From contig OZ024745.1 of assembly GCA_964016885.1 (NCBI GenBank), positions 126,604,001 to 126,668,000 of the forward strand: a stretch of DNA of 64,000 nt, given 5' to 3'. The stretch is from Eledone cirrhosa. Lineage: Eukaryota. A program made the position numbers and the translations under genes. The notes beneath the pieces are model-generated. The model was not told the DNA's origin and made no database searches. It saw nothing but the letters and a program-made list of their open reading frames with translations. Below, piece by piece: positions 27,702-41,599 of this stretch (positions are counted from its first letter, which is position 1; each line of letters begins with the position of its first letter).

Positions 27702-28010
27702 AGTTGTAATTAATTTGTTGGAAGCCCGACAAACATAAATGTTTATAACTGATTTAGAGCACTCAACATGTTACTGGAGTAAATATTCAATGATATTAAA
27801 TAAATGGAAACCATATTTATGAAACCATATTTATTTTATTATATATATTTTAAGGGATAAGGTATGATTTTCATGGGTACGTCTCTATTTATAAAACAAA
27901 CTTTGTATTTTATCTGATGAAAACGTACCAATGTTGTCTTGGTTGCCCTTGAAATATATATAATAATATAAATATGGTTTTATAAATATAGTTTCCATTT
28001 ATTTAATATC

Positions 28011-28020
<10 letters not shown>
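27698..28020. mobile_element. Fold-back element (arms 27784-27856 / 27946-28019) with HHR at 27906-27970 (+)
   Basis: TATTTTAT CTGATGA aaacgtACCAA..TTGGTtgccctt GAAA TATATA TA ATAATATA; (TA)n on both sides. Confidence 0.7.
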
Positions 28021-28069
<49 letters not shown>

Positions 28070-28125
28070 ACGTGTGCATACTTACACACAGACATACACA
28101 CACACACATACATATATATATATGA

Positions 28126-28185
<60 letters not shown>

Positions 28186-28187
<2 letters not shown>

Positions 28188-28460
28188 AGGTACGTGGCCT
28201 AGTGGTAAGGGTGTTGGACTTACGATCATAATGTCATAGGTTCGATTCCTGGGTTGTGTGTTGTGTTCTTGAGCAAAACACTTCATTTCACGTTGCTCCA
28301 GTATACTTACCTGAAAATGAGTACCAGCAATAGCTGGAGGTTTAACCCTGCGATGGACTGGCGTCCTGTTCAGAGGAAAGTCTTGTACTCTCAGTTGCTT
28401 CACACCATGAAGCCTGGATAAGCACCGGCCAAATGTGCCTTCTGGCCTAAGACAGACTTT
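28186..28460 (+). mobile_element. tRNA-derived CORE-like SINE
   Basis: GTGGCCTAGTGGTAAGG A box, GGTTCGATTCC B box, TTGAGCAAAACACTT core. Confidence 0.8.
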
Positions 28461-28744
28461 AAAATGAATTGTTAAAATGAATTTTAATTAAATCAAAATT
28501 ATGGGTGTCATGCCAGAAAGACATGCGCCATATCACCCGCAAAATAAGCTCTAAGATTCTAACGAATAGGTCCGAGTATTTTATAATAACTAGAAATTGA
28601 TTAACATATAAATAAACATGAATAATCACAGGAGATAATTTTTACAAGTGTGTAAGTACACATAGCTAGGTAGGTAACTAAATAAAGTTAACCAGAACTT
28701 CAAAAATACACACTTGTAAAAATACACACTAATCAATTTCTAGT

Positions 28745-28803
<59 letters not shown>

Positions 28804-29193
28804 ACGAAAACTTGTTGACGAAGTAAATTCCACTGTTCTATCTTCCAAAAAACCAATAACTTGCAGGCCCCTGCAGAAACCTAGGGGAGATATTGTATGT
28901 TATATGTTATATATATTATGTATTATATGTGATGTGCTATATATAGTATCAACGCGATGGTCCAGGTTTGTCATATTTTCCTGAGTTCAGTTTTTTTCGT
29001 CGCTTTGGTCACTGCGGCTCGTCTATCGGTCGCTGTCTTCAATTTGCAAAGCTGTCTAAATGTAATGTTATTACTCTAAGGTAAAATACCTTATTGAGTG
29101 CTTAGCCGCACACCCCGATTGCATTCGTTAGCTTAGCTGCTGCCAGAGCTTCGTTTATGTTGTACTAAATTTTGTATATATATATATATTTAT

Positions 29194-29596
29194 ATGTATG
29201 GGTCTGAGACTTGGACACTGACCAAGAAACTCACTCAGATGGTGGATGGGTGCTACACGAGAATGTTGAGGATGGCTCTGAACATTAATCAGTATACACT
29301 GAGGATGAAAAACTCAGAGCTGTATGGGAGCATCCCAAAAGTCAGCTCAAAAGTGACACAGAGGAGACTGAGGTTAGCTGGACATGCTCACCGACATCCA
29401 GAGTTGACATTGCACTCAGTGCTCCTTTGGGAGCCCCTACATGGACACACTAGAAGTGGAAGACCAAGGTTAACGTATGTTGATGCCCTAAGGACAGACA
29501 CTGGTCTGTTGGAGACGCAGGACATGGCAGCGATAATGAGGGACAGAGACCGCTGAAGAGAACTCGTCCATGGATCTCGGGAATTTTACCCGCCTT

Positions 29597-29597
<1 letters not shown>
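29194..29597 (+). mobile_element. RTE-clade LINE 3' fragment inserted in (TA)n
   Basis: YGSETWTL...RMLR...RRLRLAGH...GRPRLTY; open frame of 120 aa. Confidence 0.9.
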
Positions 29598-29643
<46 letters not shown>

Positions 29644-30066
29644 ACATTACAGCTCGCTACTATATCGCTCTATAATGGATAATCGAATTTAAAGTCCGTT
29701 AGAGGTTCTTGGCACTACCATTGTTACTATCGCTTTCCTCTAGCCATGGGGCTTGGAGACATGAACCGAATGCTACCATTCTAGTATGCATCGATGTGGA
29801 CTGCTATTTCTAATAACCATCTTTTCACCTCTTAATAATTTGTGTGTGATACACTTTGGCTGACATCTTTTGACGGGAACGAAAAGATTGGTTTTCTAGT
29901 CTCCCGCCTCCACGTAAAATGTGTAAATTGGTGGCTGGTCGAGAGATAGAATCGTATTGGGTACCAGCTGCTAGTCGCTTTACCGTGTCGGTTGTCACAA
30001 ACAGTCATGACCGGCATGGGCTGGGGTTTGGATTCTGTCGATTGATTGGTTATTGATTAGGCGATA

Positions 30067-30177
30067 CCCGCTGATGAAGCCGCATAAGCCGATTGTGCAT
30101 TGTTGCATAATATATGCAGACGGATGGTGCAGTGCATCTTACTACTGCATTAAGTGCGACCGAAACTCGAGTCCGGG
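30067..30177 (+). ncRNA. Type I HHR with an 84-nt stem II domain, inside a 690-bp TA-flanked segment (29641-30328)
   Basis: CCCG CTGATGA agcCGCAT...GTGCGacc GAAA CTCGAG TC CGGG; GUC site. Confidence 0.75.
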
Positions 30178-30938
30178 AACTATTATAGGCACCCGTTTTA
30201 CGTGTGTTGTATTGAAGCGAATAGCTATGTGTATACTCTGGGAATATATCTTACATTGCCCATGGGGTATGTTGAGATACAACCGCTCCTGGCATTGATA
30301 AATATGCTGGGTCCGTCAACTCCTTATCATATATATATATACACAGGTGCGTTTGTGAGTAAGTAATGACACACAAGAGACAGTTGATTTTGTGTGTGCA
30401 AAACAGTACATTTCAAAACGCATGCATCAGTGATATGATGCATGCGTTGTTGACGCGTATTTTGCCGGCGTGCATTTTACAGAGACACATGTGTGTATGT
30501 GCATGCACGGTCATGGGTGTATGCTCATGCGCCAATCTATGTGAATGTGCGCCTGCGTGTGTGTGTATATGTGTATGTATACGCGTTTATGCCCATAATA
30601 CCGCTCGGCTTGTCGTTTGCTAATAACTAATACTAATACAATAATATCTCCCCCACCGCTAATCCCACCATCCCCCGTTTATTGACGTGACTTACACCTC
30701 ACTCTTACTCAATCACTCCCCCTTTTACTATATTGTCCAGGCACAATTTGCTGCGATTTCATTGGTTGATAACTGGGTAAAGCAGCTTGTTTGTAACTTT
30801 ATGTAAATTCCTTTCTCACCTCACTTATCCGTATTTTCTATTGTTGTCAACTCTGAGCTTTTTCTTCAGTGTATTCTTATCTCCCTTCTCTCTCTCTCTC
30901 TCTCCCTCTCTCTCAATAGCCCCCCTCTCTCTCTGTAT

Positions 30939-30972
<34 letters not shown>

Positions 30973-31001
30973 CAATATGTATAACTTTATATATATATTT
31001 A

Positions 31002-31067
<66 letters not shown>

Positions 31068-31148
31068 TATATAAATGAATACATATACATATATGTGTGT
31101 GTAAGCACACGTGTGTGTGTGTGTAAGCACACGTGTGTGTGTGTATAA

Positions 31149-31188
<40 letters not shown>

Positions 31189-31204
31189 TATATATATACA
31201 TATA

Positions 31205-31267
<63 letters not shown>

Positions 31268-31412
31268 CTACACATGCCATGAACTACGAGGAACTTTTCA
31301 AAGCATTGTACTAATATTACAATTAAAAATGAGTTAATGAAATATAACGGTATTTTGTTTCATTTCATCAAATACATTGTCTCGCTTTCTAAGTCATTAT
31401 TTATAACTGTAT

Positions 31413-31597
31413 GGCGGTGGATTGGCAGTATCGGTAGAGGGTCGGACGCCATGCTTTCCAGCATAGTTACGTCCCTTTACGATCTGAGTTCAAATCCCGC
31501 CGAGGTTGACTTTGCCTTTCATCCTTACGGGGTCGATAAAATAAAGTACCAGTAATGCACTGGGTAATTGCTGGCCTTGTGCCTAAAGTAGAAACAA
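31413..31597 (+). mobile_element. Full-length SINE family A with TSD
   Basis: Flanking TTATTTATAACTGTATG repeats; similar copies at 26090-26280, 32041-32140, 33394-33787 (two in tandem), 36820-37008, 41185-41390, 44680-44840, 54277-54460. Confidence 0.9.
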
Positions 31598-31802
31598 TTA
31601 TTTATAACTGTATGTGTGCGTATATATATATATATATATATATATAATGAATATGTATATATCTATGTATAAATGTATACATGTATATATGAATATATGT
31701 ATATATGTATGTGTGTGTGTCTGTGTGTGTGTATAAATATGTTTTATATATATATAGATATATATATATATGTATATCAAATAGATTGTCTGGCTTTCTA
31801 AG

Positions 31803-31880
<78 letters not shown>

Positions 31881-32439
31881 AAGGTTCAATGAATAAATCA
31901 TTCTCCTTTGATATTCTATTTTTTGTCGGAGAGGAGACCTGCTTTCCATGATTATTCTGAAGCAATTGGCGAAGCCATGATAGAAAGTGTTTTCTGTATT
32001 ACTGAGCTTCTGAGAAAATATGATCGTTTATTATTTGAACATTAACTTTGCCTTTCTTCCTTACGGGGTCGATAAAATAAAGTACCAGTAATGCACTGGG
32101 TAATTGCTGGCCTTGTGCCAAAAAGTAGAAACAATTATTTGAACATATTACAGGTGTAGTCATTGCACAGGGCAATCCTTCAAGTATACTGTATTTATTT
32201 ATATAGGGACCTGTAGCTATCTGATGGATTAGTTGGGGTACAGTAACGTGTCTTTGCATTAAAACCTGGTGGAACCCATTTCTGAACACAGCTGATTTCT
32301 TCCAGGGAAGGAGATATGGGATGAGAAAGTGTTATAGAGGAATAATCGGCACCAGTACTAAACTGGTACTCTTTTTGCCGACTTTGTAAGGATTTGAACC
32401 CACAGCACAAAATGCCAGAACGAATTGCCTCTGCTAATT

Positions 32440-33300
32440 TGCCATATTTCAAGTACACTTCCTATTGAATAATATTTGGAATAAGTATATTGAAACCTGT
32501 GGATTGTTTGTACAAAAGAACATTATTGAGGAAATAGCAAAGTGTGAATTTGAAAAGTATTTCTTATTGTTATTGATGGCACGCTTTGTTATCTTAGAAG
32601 AAAAAAACCCATCATTCATAATCAGATATGTGGAGAGGAAGACATTAGTTTTTCAATTGGAGAAAGCTGTATTGCATTATCTGAAGGATCCAGGAGAACA
32701 TGTGAAGAAATTGTTAGATTCACAGAAATAACTGAAAAAGATGCCGAAAATTAATACGTTCTTCAAAATAATTGGTTTTGTTGTCAATAAGCTTTAACGT
32801 CACTTTAGTGCAATCGGGAAATTTTGTGGAGTATTCAGTTTTTTTTTTGTTTTTTGTTTTTTGTTTTTTTTTAGTAATTTAATCAGTTTGGTGAAAATGA
32901 TTTGTCAGAAAAAGTTAATCAGTTTCAGTTGTAATACTCATATTTCAAGTAACATTCAGAGGAGAGTACTTGTTAAAAGATTTTTTGGTGTGAATTCCAA
33001 ATTCGATGCTGCATTACTAAAGACATTTTAAAGTGAAATATTGCAATTGTTGTTGAACCATGTTTTTCTAAATCTTCTCATCACGTTGAGCTTTTTCTGT
33101 GTCATTACCAACAACAGAAGCCTTCAATGGGAGAAGCTTGAGTGTCTAGAAACCATCTAAGTCGTACATTCGGTCCACAATCATAAAAGATTCAATGGCT
33201 TAGTACCTTCCAACATCAACAGTGACAAGACAAGTTGCTTGATTTTTCTAGTGTAATTAATGAATTTGCCCAAAGAAAGTCACAGAAAGTTAACTCATGT
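32440..33300 (+). pseudogene. Degraded hAT (ZMYM1-like) transposase
   Basis: YIETCG..VQKNIIEEI...YF...SFIIRYV and a decayed C-terminal RFNGL..NINSD segment resembling the hAT dimerization domain. Confidence 0.55.
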
Positions 33301-33984
33301 GCAATGAAGAATTTAAATCACTATAATAATGTGATTGTATTAAATGTTTATTATTATTATAGATGTAAACATTTATTATTATAGATCGTAAAAGGGCGTT
33401 GGATTGGCAGTATCGGTAGAGCGTCGGACGCTATGCTTTGCAGCATAGAGTCACACCCTTTTATGATCTGAGTTCAAATCCCGTCGGGGTTAGTTTTGCC
33501 TTTCATCCTTACGGGATTGATAAAATAAAGGAGCAGTAATGCACTGGAGTCGATTTAATTGACTTTCCCCTCCCCAAAAACTGTTGGCCTTGTGCGGTGG
33601 ATTGGCACTATCGGTAGAGGATCGGGCGCCATGCTTTACGGAATAGAGTTACGTCCCTTTACAACCTGAGTTCAAATTCCGCCGAGGTTAACTTTGCCTT
33701 TCATCCTTACGGGGTCGATAAAATAAAGTACCAGTAACGTACTGGGATACTTGCTGGCCTTGTACCTAAAGTAGAAACAATTATTATAGATATAAAGTTT
33801 ATGTTCATATTGCCAGGATTGACATCCATTTCACAATGTTTATAAACAGTAGTCGCCACTCACAAAATGTTTGTTCTTGTAAACATAAATTAAAATTGAT
33901 AATGGTAACAACGGATCATAGTTTGGGGTTTTTATGTTGACAGAAATTCACACAAAGGCGTGTGTGGCTTCGTTCTATATAGAG

Positions 33985-34350
33985 ATACTGCTTACATTAT
34001 TGTTGTTTTAACACAATTTATGCAGTCGGATGCTCTTCCAATCTTTTATACGATTTCTATCGCCTTAATACATATGTAATTTGTATTGACTCTAATCTTG
34101 ACCATTTCACGCTATTTCACCCAATCGATCAGCTCCTATTTCAGCTCTTCAATCAGTTCTTCTTCCAAGTTCGAAAATGCTGCAAGTTCCTCCCTTCTTC
34201 GACTTTGATTGAAGTTTAGATTTGTTTTGCGCCTGAATCGGACATTGAACTCAGAACACCAAAAATGACAAACAACTGTTAGATTTCTCTCTGCATAATG
34301 ACTGGCTTCAATTTCACTGCATGTGAGTACAATGTTCGCCATGATAAAAA
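33985..34350 (-). pseudogene. Degraded pogo/Tigger-like transposase N-terminus
   Basis: HYAERN...EFNVRFRRK...FSNLEEELI, then ELIDWVK...ICIKAIEI, resembling a CENP-B-type HTH. Confidence 0.5.
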
Positions 34351-34373
34351 TTGACAACTCCTTTAGTATGTAA

Positions 34374-34927
34374 CTAGCTAGCCCCGTGCCATCAAAAATA
34401 AACGACTAATTGTAATATCTATACATGATATAAAAAATAGATGTTGGTTGGTTGGTTCTTTCGCGCTCACTCACACGAGTGATACAAACGCACAGCTGTG
34501 ACGAATCTTCGAACGCTGGACATCTATAGATTCTCAACCCCACCTTCCTTAGTCATCACATATATGTATGTGTATTGGACACCCCTTCCGTCCTCAGTCG
34601 ACATAATTACCCCTTCCTTCCTCAGTCGACGTAATCACCCCTGCCTCCCTAAGTCGACATAATTACCCCTTCCTTCCTCAGTCGACGTAATCACCCCTTC
34701 CTTCCTCAGTCGACGTTATCACCCCTTCCTTCCTCAGTCGACATAATTACCCCTTCCTTCCTCAGTCGACGTAATCACCCCTTCCTTCCTCAGTCGACGT
34801 ACTCACCTCTTCCTTCCTCAGTCGACGTACTCACCCCTTCCTTCCTAAGTCGACATAATCACCCCTTCCTTCCTTAGTCATCTCTAATGTGCGACGGACA
34901 AATACACACAGCTATTATATTAGTAGA
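34374..34927 (-). mobile_element. Non-autonomous Helitron with internal 28-bp minisatellite (34581-34880)
   Basis: Minus starts TCTACTAATATAATAG and ends GCACGGGGCTAGCTAG|T; unit CCCCTTCCTTCCTCAGTCGACGTAATCA, about 10 copies. Confidence 0.7.
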
Positions 34928-35563
34928 AAAACTCGTATTCATATAATAAAAGTGCTTCTACTTACTTTCCTTAGTGAACAATAAATACTTTGATCTTTTC
35001 TGACAACACGACTATGTGTGCATCGCTGTATAAACTGATTAGTATACCTGAGTATAAAACTTATTTAAGTACATTTTTATTGTTATTACCAAAATAAGTA
35101 TTATTACCAAAATGAAATTGCTTTTCTAGCAAAAACTGATCACGTGATTTCCATGATGTTGACCTTACAACAGGTGCACTTTTACGGCCAACTCGGGTAA
35201 AATTCAAAAGCTGCTTTCAAACTTGTATCTGTTTCGTTTAGGGTACATGAAGTTTTCAATGACGAGAGGGTTTAGTTAATAATAACGTAAACATGATTTC
35301 ATTCGGTATTTTATTCAGCAATTATAATAAATCTGACGAAACATTTCTATTTCTGTCGCGATATAACCCGCAGCTACGATTGAAATGATATGAAATACAA
35401 GTCAGGATTTTATATACGAATGATGTTTCATTGTCCATAATTAGGGTGCGCATTATTGGCAGAATCGGTAGAGCGTCGAACAACATGCTTAGTGGCATAG
35501 AGTTACGGCCCTTTATGTTCTGAGTTCAAATCTCGCCGAGGTTAGCTTTGCCTTTCATCCTCA

Positions 35564-36031
35564 CTTTTGAGTGCTACTGGTAGCATGTAACCCAGTGCAA
35601 CCTGTCGCATGGTCGGGTCGTCGGCGACTAAACCGGCAACCCCATCAAGTTTACTTGGTGATGAGGGTGATTTAGGACACCATGCAGGACAAAAAACAAA
35701 ACCTGACAAAAGGCAGAAGAACTCATACGAATCAACTAAAGAAAAAAAAATCCTGCCAAATCAATGGGTGGCAGTAGTTCCAGCTGCACGCATGGAAATA
35801 TTGGTGTAGTGGTTCTGAGAACAATGCGGCTTTGCAGATGATCAATGGAAATTGACCAGGGAAAGGCGCTCGAATTAGAACAGAACTATTGACCTTCAGG
35901 AGAAGCAGCGACCCCTGATTATATTCAGCAACCGAAACAAATATGAAGTACACCAAATCCAATGCTCCTAGGGGTGGCCCTGGTTCTTCTTATTTGCGAG
36001 TGTAAACTCGGCCAGATTAGATTAGATTAGA
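35564..36031 (+). mobile_element. Retroposon nested in a family A SINE, with 10-bp TSD and (GATTA)n tail
   Basis: TTCATCCTCA at 35554-35563 and 36032-36041; host SINE resumes afterwards. Confidence 0.85.
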
Positions 36032-37034
36032 TTCATCCTCATGGGATCGATAAAATAAAGTAACAGTGATGCACTGGGGTAGATTTAACCGAGTTTCCCC
36101 ATCCCCACAAAATTGCTGGCCTTGTGCTTAAATCAGAAATTCTTATGTACGAATACGTATTGTAGTGTTTCGTAATTGTCGATAAAATTGCTTACAATTG
36201 CCTTTTTTAATATAAATTACTCTAATTCATTTATTCTGTTCTGTTCTAGTTCTATTATTCTGTTCTGTTGTGATGTTCGTATACAAATGCTATGGCAAGA
36301 AGATCTACAATCTCTTGTTTATGCTCATTCACAAACTGTACACTGCAAATGATAGACAACTCGAAACACTATTACAAGGCGGTACATATGTTTACAAGAT
36401 AAACGGATATGAAACTTAGATTAGAAAATGCTAAGGCAATGTTGAAGGGAGGAAAATTAATTGAAGACGTTAATAGATTGCTAGATAAAGAAGAAATTAG
36501 ATCAAACACAGACATATAAATACTTAATAATCAATTAAGTAGACAGTGGACAACACCCACAATTGAAATAAATGATCTCGAATCATCATTATAGAAGCAT
36601 TAGCTTAATACGTAAAACAGAACTAAATGCAAGAATATTTAACTGTCTGAGTAATAAACTAGTTATAATCATTATTGGAAACTAAACAAACAAGCAAGAC
36701 TATATAGAACAAGAAAAATGACTGCACTTAGAATACACCGCCCAACACAAGAAGTAGGTGCCATATGCAACTAGAAAAGTATCACAAAATATCCACTACA
36801 GGAGTACAAAAACAAAATAATTGTTTCTACTTTGGCACAAGGCCAGCAATTATCCCAGTGCATTACTGGTACTTTATTTTATTGACCCCGTAAGGATGAA
36901 AGGTAAGGTTAACCTCGGTAGGATTTGAACTCATAACATAAAGGGCCATAACTCTATGCTGCAAAGTATAGTGTCTGACGCTCTACCGATACGCCAATCC
37001 ACTGCCCTACAAAAAGAAAATAATAATAATAATA

Positions 37035-37515
37035 ATGAAGTATAATGAAGAATTAATACAAATTGCTACGAAACATACAAACATGAAAATATTTTCTGTC
37101 TTCAGGGAAGCCAACAAGCACAAAAGAGGAGCTGAACTGATATATATAAGGAAAATGAAGAAATTTGAGACAACAGCAGATGTGGTAAAAGGTCAAAGTC
37201 TAAGCTGGACACGGATCTCCAGAATGCCATGATAAATCGAAGTCATAAAAAGCCCTCACTTAGACAATACCTAAAATGGCTGAACAAGCAGGAAATATAC
37301 TAGCAAAAGTCACAACACGGGCTAAGAAGTGCAACACTCAAAATGGAGACTGAAGAATTCTTAATAGCAGCAAAAGATCTCAGCTTCCACACCAGAAACT
37401 GCCAAAAGCGGTGAAGTAGATTACATTAAGTAACTGCAGAATATGTTGGGGGGGGGGGGGGGGCAATTGACCATATTGTCTCTGACCATGCAGTCTTAGC
37501 CTTGAAAGACTACTG
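37035..37515 (+). mobile_element. Degraded R4/Dong-clade LINE fragment (zinc-knuckle region)
   Basis: LKMETEEFLIAAKDLSFHTRN...CRIC...IDHIVS...LALKDY; probably extends upstream to about 36280. Confidence 0.7.
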
Positions 37516-38681
37516 GTACTTTATTTTATCGACCCCGTAAGGATGAATGGTTAACCTCGGCGGTATTTGAACTCAGAACACAAAGAGCCGTAACTGGATG
37601 CTGCAAATCATTCTGTTCGACACACTAACGATTCTGACAATAAGAATAATTATCAGCAATACCTCGTAATTCAGAATCCGGGCAAAATAATGATTATTAT
37701 AAAACCTAATAAAAATACCACCACAGAAGCACCGCGGACCCATCAATCTCCAATGCACACTCCACAGAAAAAAAAAAAAAAAAAAAAAAAATTGAAAAAG
37801 CTTGTCTTCGACATCGCAAACTAACGCATAATCTTCTATAAGTCTCAAAATGTTTTCAACATGCACCTAATCACACCACTACACAAATCTTGAACAAAGA
37901 ACACGCGACGGCTTCAATAACAAAATAACTAATACCATTCTAACCGCAATCAGCATCAGCACAACCTATTTCCAGCAGCTTACTCATAATCAAAATCCTC
38001 AAAATTTAATTAAAGAATAACACCAAACGCTTGTTGGTGAATTGTCACTTGGGTCGCTAAGTCTACGTGATATGTAACAACAAATCTGAATTCTGTAGGT
38101 TCTGGAACGGAGTGGCACGTGATTTCATATATTTTTTTGTTTTCAACTTCTACTTACGCAAATTCTCCCGCACACGTCATCAGCATATTACAAGAGGGTG
38201 TTGTAGTTTGCTTAAAACATTATGGAAGGTGTATAAAATAGTGTGTGTATGTTTTTTCAGAGGGAAATAGCAATGGAAATAGGACATTAAATGTTAAAAT
38301 AACGATAACAAAAATGTCAACAGAAGAACAAGATAAAGTTTCCTGCTCAAATTTAAGTTTCTTTAATTCTTCTTTTGACGAAGAGATTTTATCCCGAATA
38401 TTAATAACTAATTTAACACCTCCAACAACTTTGGTATAGTTATCTTTAGCATTGAATGTCCTAATTGCATTGCTGTAGCTTTCTGGAAAAAAATACACTA
38501 TTTTCTATGTCGCAACAAATTATAAAGAACTCGAAACAGCCATTTTTACTAGCCACAAGCTTCATAAAGACAACTCCACAAATCGTATGCACAATGAAAT
38601 AAAAATATATGAAATGAACACATGCTAGGATCACAATTTATTGCGGCGACAGCCTGCTAGTTCTATTCCATTCTATTGAGC

Positions 38682-39020
38682 CAGAGGTTCTCAAAGCGAG
38701 CGCTACCGCTCTTCGGGAGGGGGAGGGGAGCGTTGATAATGTCCAGGGAGAGCAGGGACCTAAGGGGGTTGTAGAGATGATATAATAGTATATTAAATAT
38801 CAAATGATACATATTATATATAAATATAGTAAAATAAAAATATATAATATTTATTTATACATAGTATATATTATATTTATTACACATAAATTAACGATTT
38901 TATATATTATATATTATTTACAATTTGCGTGTAGGTGGGTCTCTCTGGAAATAGGGGTGGAGTGCTGGGGGTATTAAGTGGCCGTGAGGAAGGGAGGCAC
39001 AAAAGGTTTGAGAACCTCTG
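38682..39020. mobile_element. hAT-type MITE
   Basis: 14-bp TIR CAGAGGTTCTCAAA / TTTGAGAACCTCTG; imperfect 8-bp flanks TATTGAGC / TGATAAGC. Confidence 0.8.
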
Positions 39021-39570
39021 TGATAAGCTATTCTCGATCCGCTGCTGAATGTGCTGTTGTCGGCTTATCTATATTGGTTTTAAGCCTATCTGTCCACACT
39101 TACCAATTATAAGTTAGACTTGGTGCTTCGGTGATCGGGGGATTAGTCTTGCCCATTGACACTGAGGTGGGATTTGAATTCAGGACAAAAATAGTTGGAA
39201 CAAATACCAAAAGACATCACACTCTTGCCATTCCACTGCTCTGGATTAGCACTTTATTTATCGGCCCCGAAAGTGTGAAAGGCAAAGTTGACACTGGGAG
39301 GCGCACCATCTGAAACGTGCGCTTAAGAGAAGCATGATCGCTCTCCACCTGGGTTCACTTTTCTTGATTTTCCCGTGGAAACCATTAACCCCTAGAGACA
39401 AATAATAATCGACTGGACAACATATGACAAACAACAAACCTAGAGAATTCTACAATAAATTATTGTATCTTGGAGTGTTCAGTATGAATCGCATTCAATT
39501 TGAAGGAGGTATATCTACAGTGCTGGATCTCTGGATCGTATTCAGCAATTCTACAGACTAACTATATAAT

Positions 39571-39760
39571 TGTTTCTATTTTTTTGGCACAAGGCCAGCA
39601 ATTACCCCAGTGCATTACTGCTGCTTTCTTTTATCGATCCCGTAAGGATGAAAGGCAAAGTTAACCTCGGCGGGATTTGAACTCAGATCATAAAGGGCCG
39701 TAACTCTTTGCTGCAAAGCATGGGGTCCGACTCTCTACCGATACTGCCAATCCTTCGCCC
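39571..39760 (-). mobile_element. Full-length SINE family A with 19-bp TSD
   Basis: TACAGACTAACTATATAAT at 39552-39570 and 39761-39779. Confidence 0.9.
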
Positions 39761-41599
39761 TACAGACTAACTATATAATATGAGTCTGTTTGAGCAGCTC
39801 CTCCAGGACTTCACATTAATAGATATTACACTAACGGTAACAAACATTGTCAACATCGCCAACACCAAAACCAACACATCCCCCTACAACCACCGCCCAA
39901 ACCTACCATCTAATAGAGCGTCTTTACGCAGTAGATTGACCTGCTAGAAATAGTAGTCAAGCCCTTTTAAATTACTTCTTACAATCTTTAAAAAGGTTAC
40001 TTTAGGTGATGGGGTATTCTAAGTGCAAAGATAGGATTTTAAAAGCTCCAGTGGTTTAGATCTTAGGTCTAATATATCATGGCCCCCGACGTATGGCTAA
40101 ACACCTCTAACAACACCTACTAGCATTACCAACATTTATCCAAACCAACTTGGATGCCTCTATGTGGTTGCTCAGTTGGCTAGAACAAGCACACACATTT
40201 CCCACACTTCCTACCCTACTGTTTAAACAAAAAAATAATACGTTTGCACATTGTAATTCTGTGTTCCCTGTTCACAGAAAAAAGATGAGATAGTCCCAGC
40301 TGGAATGTCAACGAGATGGTACAAACTTTTGACCTTCCAGAAGACCGATCCTAATAGTCTTTAACAAAGGATGATCAAGCGGACTTTGGAACAAAACAAA
40401 TATAAAAAGAGTTGAGAGAACAAAACTATAAAACAGAAATAAACGAAAAAAGAAAAACAACCAGCCATAGAAAAAATCAATTTAGTGTACTGCATATGGT
40501 GCAATCTATTATGATTACATATGACTAACAAATAAACAGATGTTAGGAAGTATACCACAAATATATTTATTGCAACATTATATAAATAAACTGAGGATGC
40601 ATTGTAACTTTCAATGCATGTATGTGTACGTGTCTGTGAGATGAATCTTGTTATGAATAGATATGATGTCATGTGCTATAAATAAAATGCCACACATATC
40701 ACTCATACAGAGCAATCAACAAAATGAAATGGGTTTTAGTCTTTAGATTTCGTTTCTTATTCAATGGGAAAGTCTTAGAGAAGAGTTATGTTCCCTCTTA
40801 GAGAAGAGTTATGCTCAAGGCAAGCCGAGATAGAATCCCTGTTTCGATCTTCAGTTGAAGATTTTTTCATTCACTAATACTTTCAAATTTATTACGGGTG
40901 TCACAAAATTGCACACCTCTACCTCTATAGATCTGGGCTTAGCACTTATTTCGTATATCAGTGAATGTTGTTGTTTCTGTTTAGCCTTAACTCAACCTTG
41001 ATCGAGCATACTTATGATCAAAGGTATCCGTTGCCCAAATTAATGCTACCACCAAGCCCTTGGGTACCGATACCTCCTATCCATCTTCTTCATGTACCAC
41101 ACTCAACAATGGACCAATGCTTATATTTACTTTGCTATTTTCTTCTGGAATAACCAGGTGATGAAACAAAGTCAAAATATTGATTTCTAGTACAAGGCCA
41201 GAAATTTGAAGAAGTGGAAAGTCGATTATATTCACCTCAGTATTTGACTGGTTCTTTATTTTATCGACCTCAGAAGGATGAAGGGCTAAGTTGACCTTGG
41301 TGGGATTTAAACTCAGAACATACAGAGCCGAAACAAATACTGCAAAGCATTTTGTTCGACGCTCTAACGGTTCTGCCTATCCACCGCCCTGATGAATAAA
41401 TAAATAATTCTTTCTTTCTAACATTGGCAAAAGGCCTGCAATTTCGTGAAAGGGCAAAGTTGATTATATCGACCCCAGTATTAGGTGGCCTCTGAGACTG
41501 TTGATAGAAGTGGAAACTATCCTCAAAGCTATCCCGAAGACACGCAACAGAACGGACATCGCTAAAAACCAGACGATGATATTAAACTGAGTGAGGAAT

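Noticed and set aside
28980-29035. Minus TAGACGA gccgc..gcgac GAAA as an HHR
   Set aside because: First box doubly mutated and no stem I or stem III pairing
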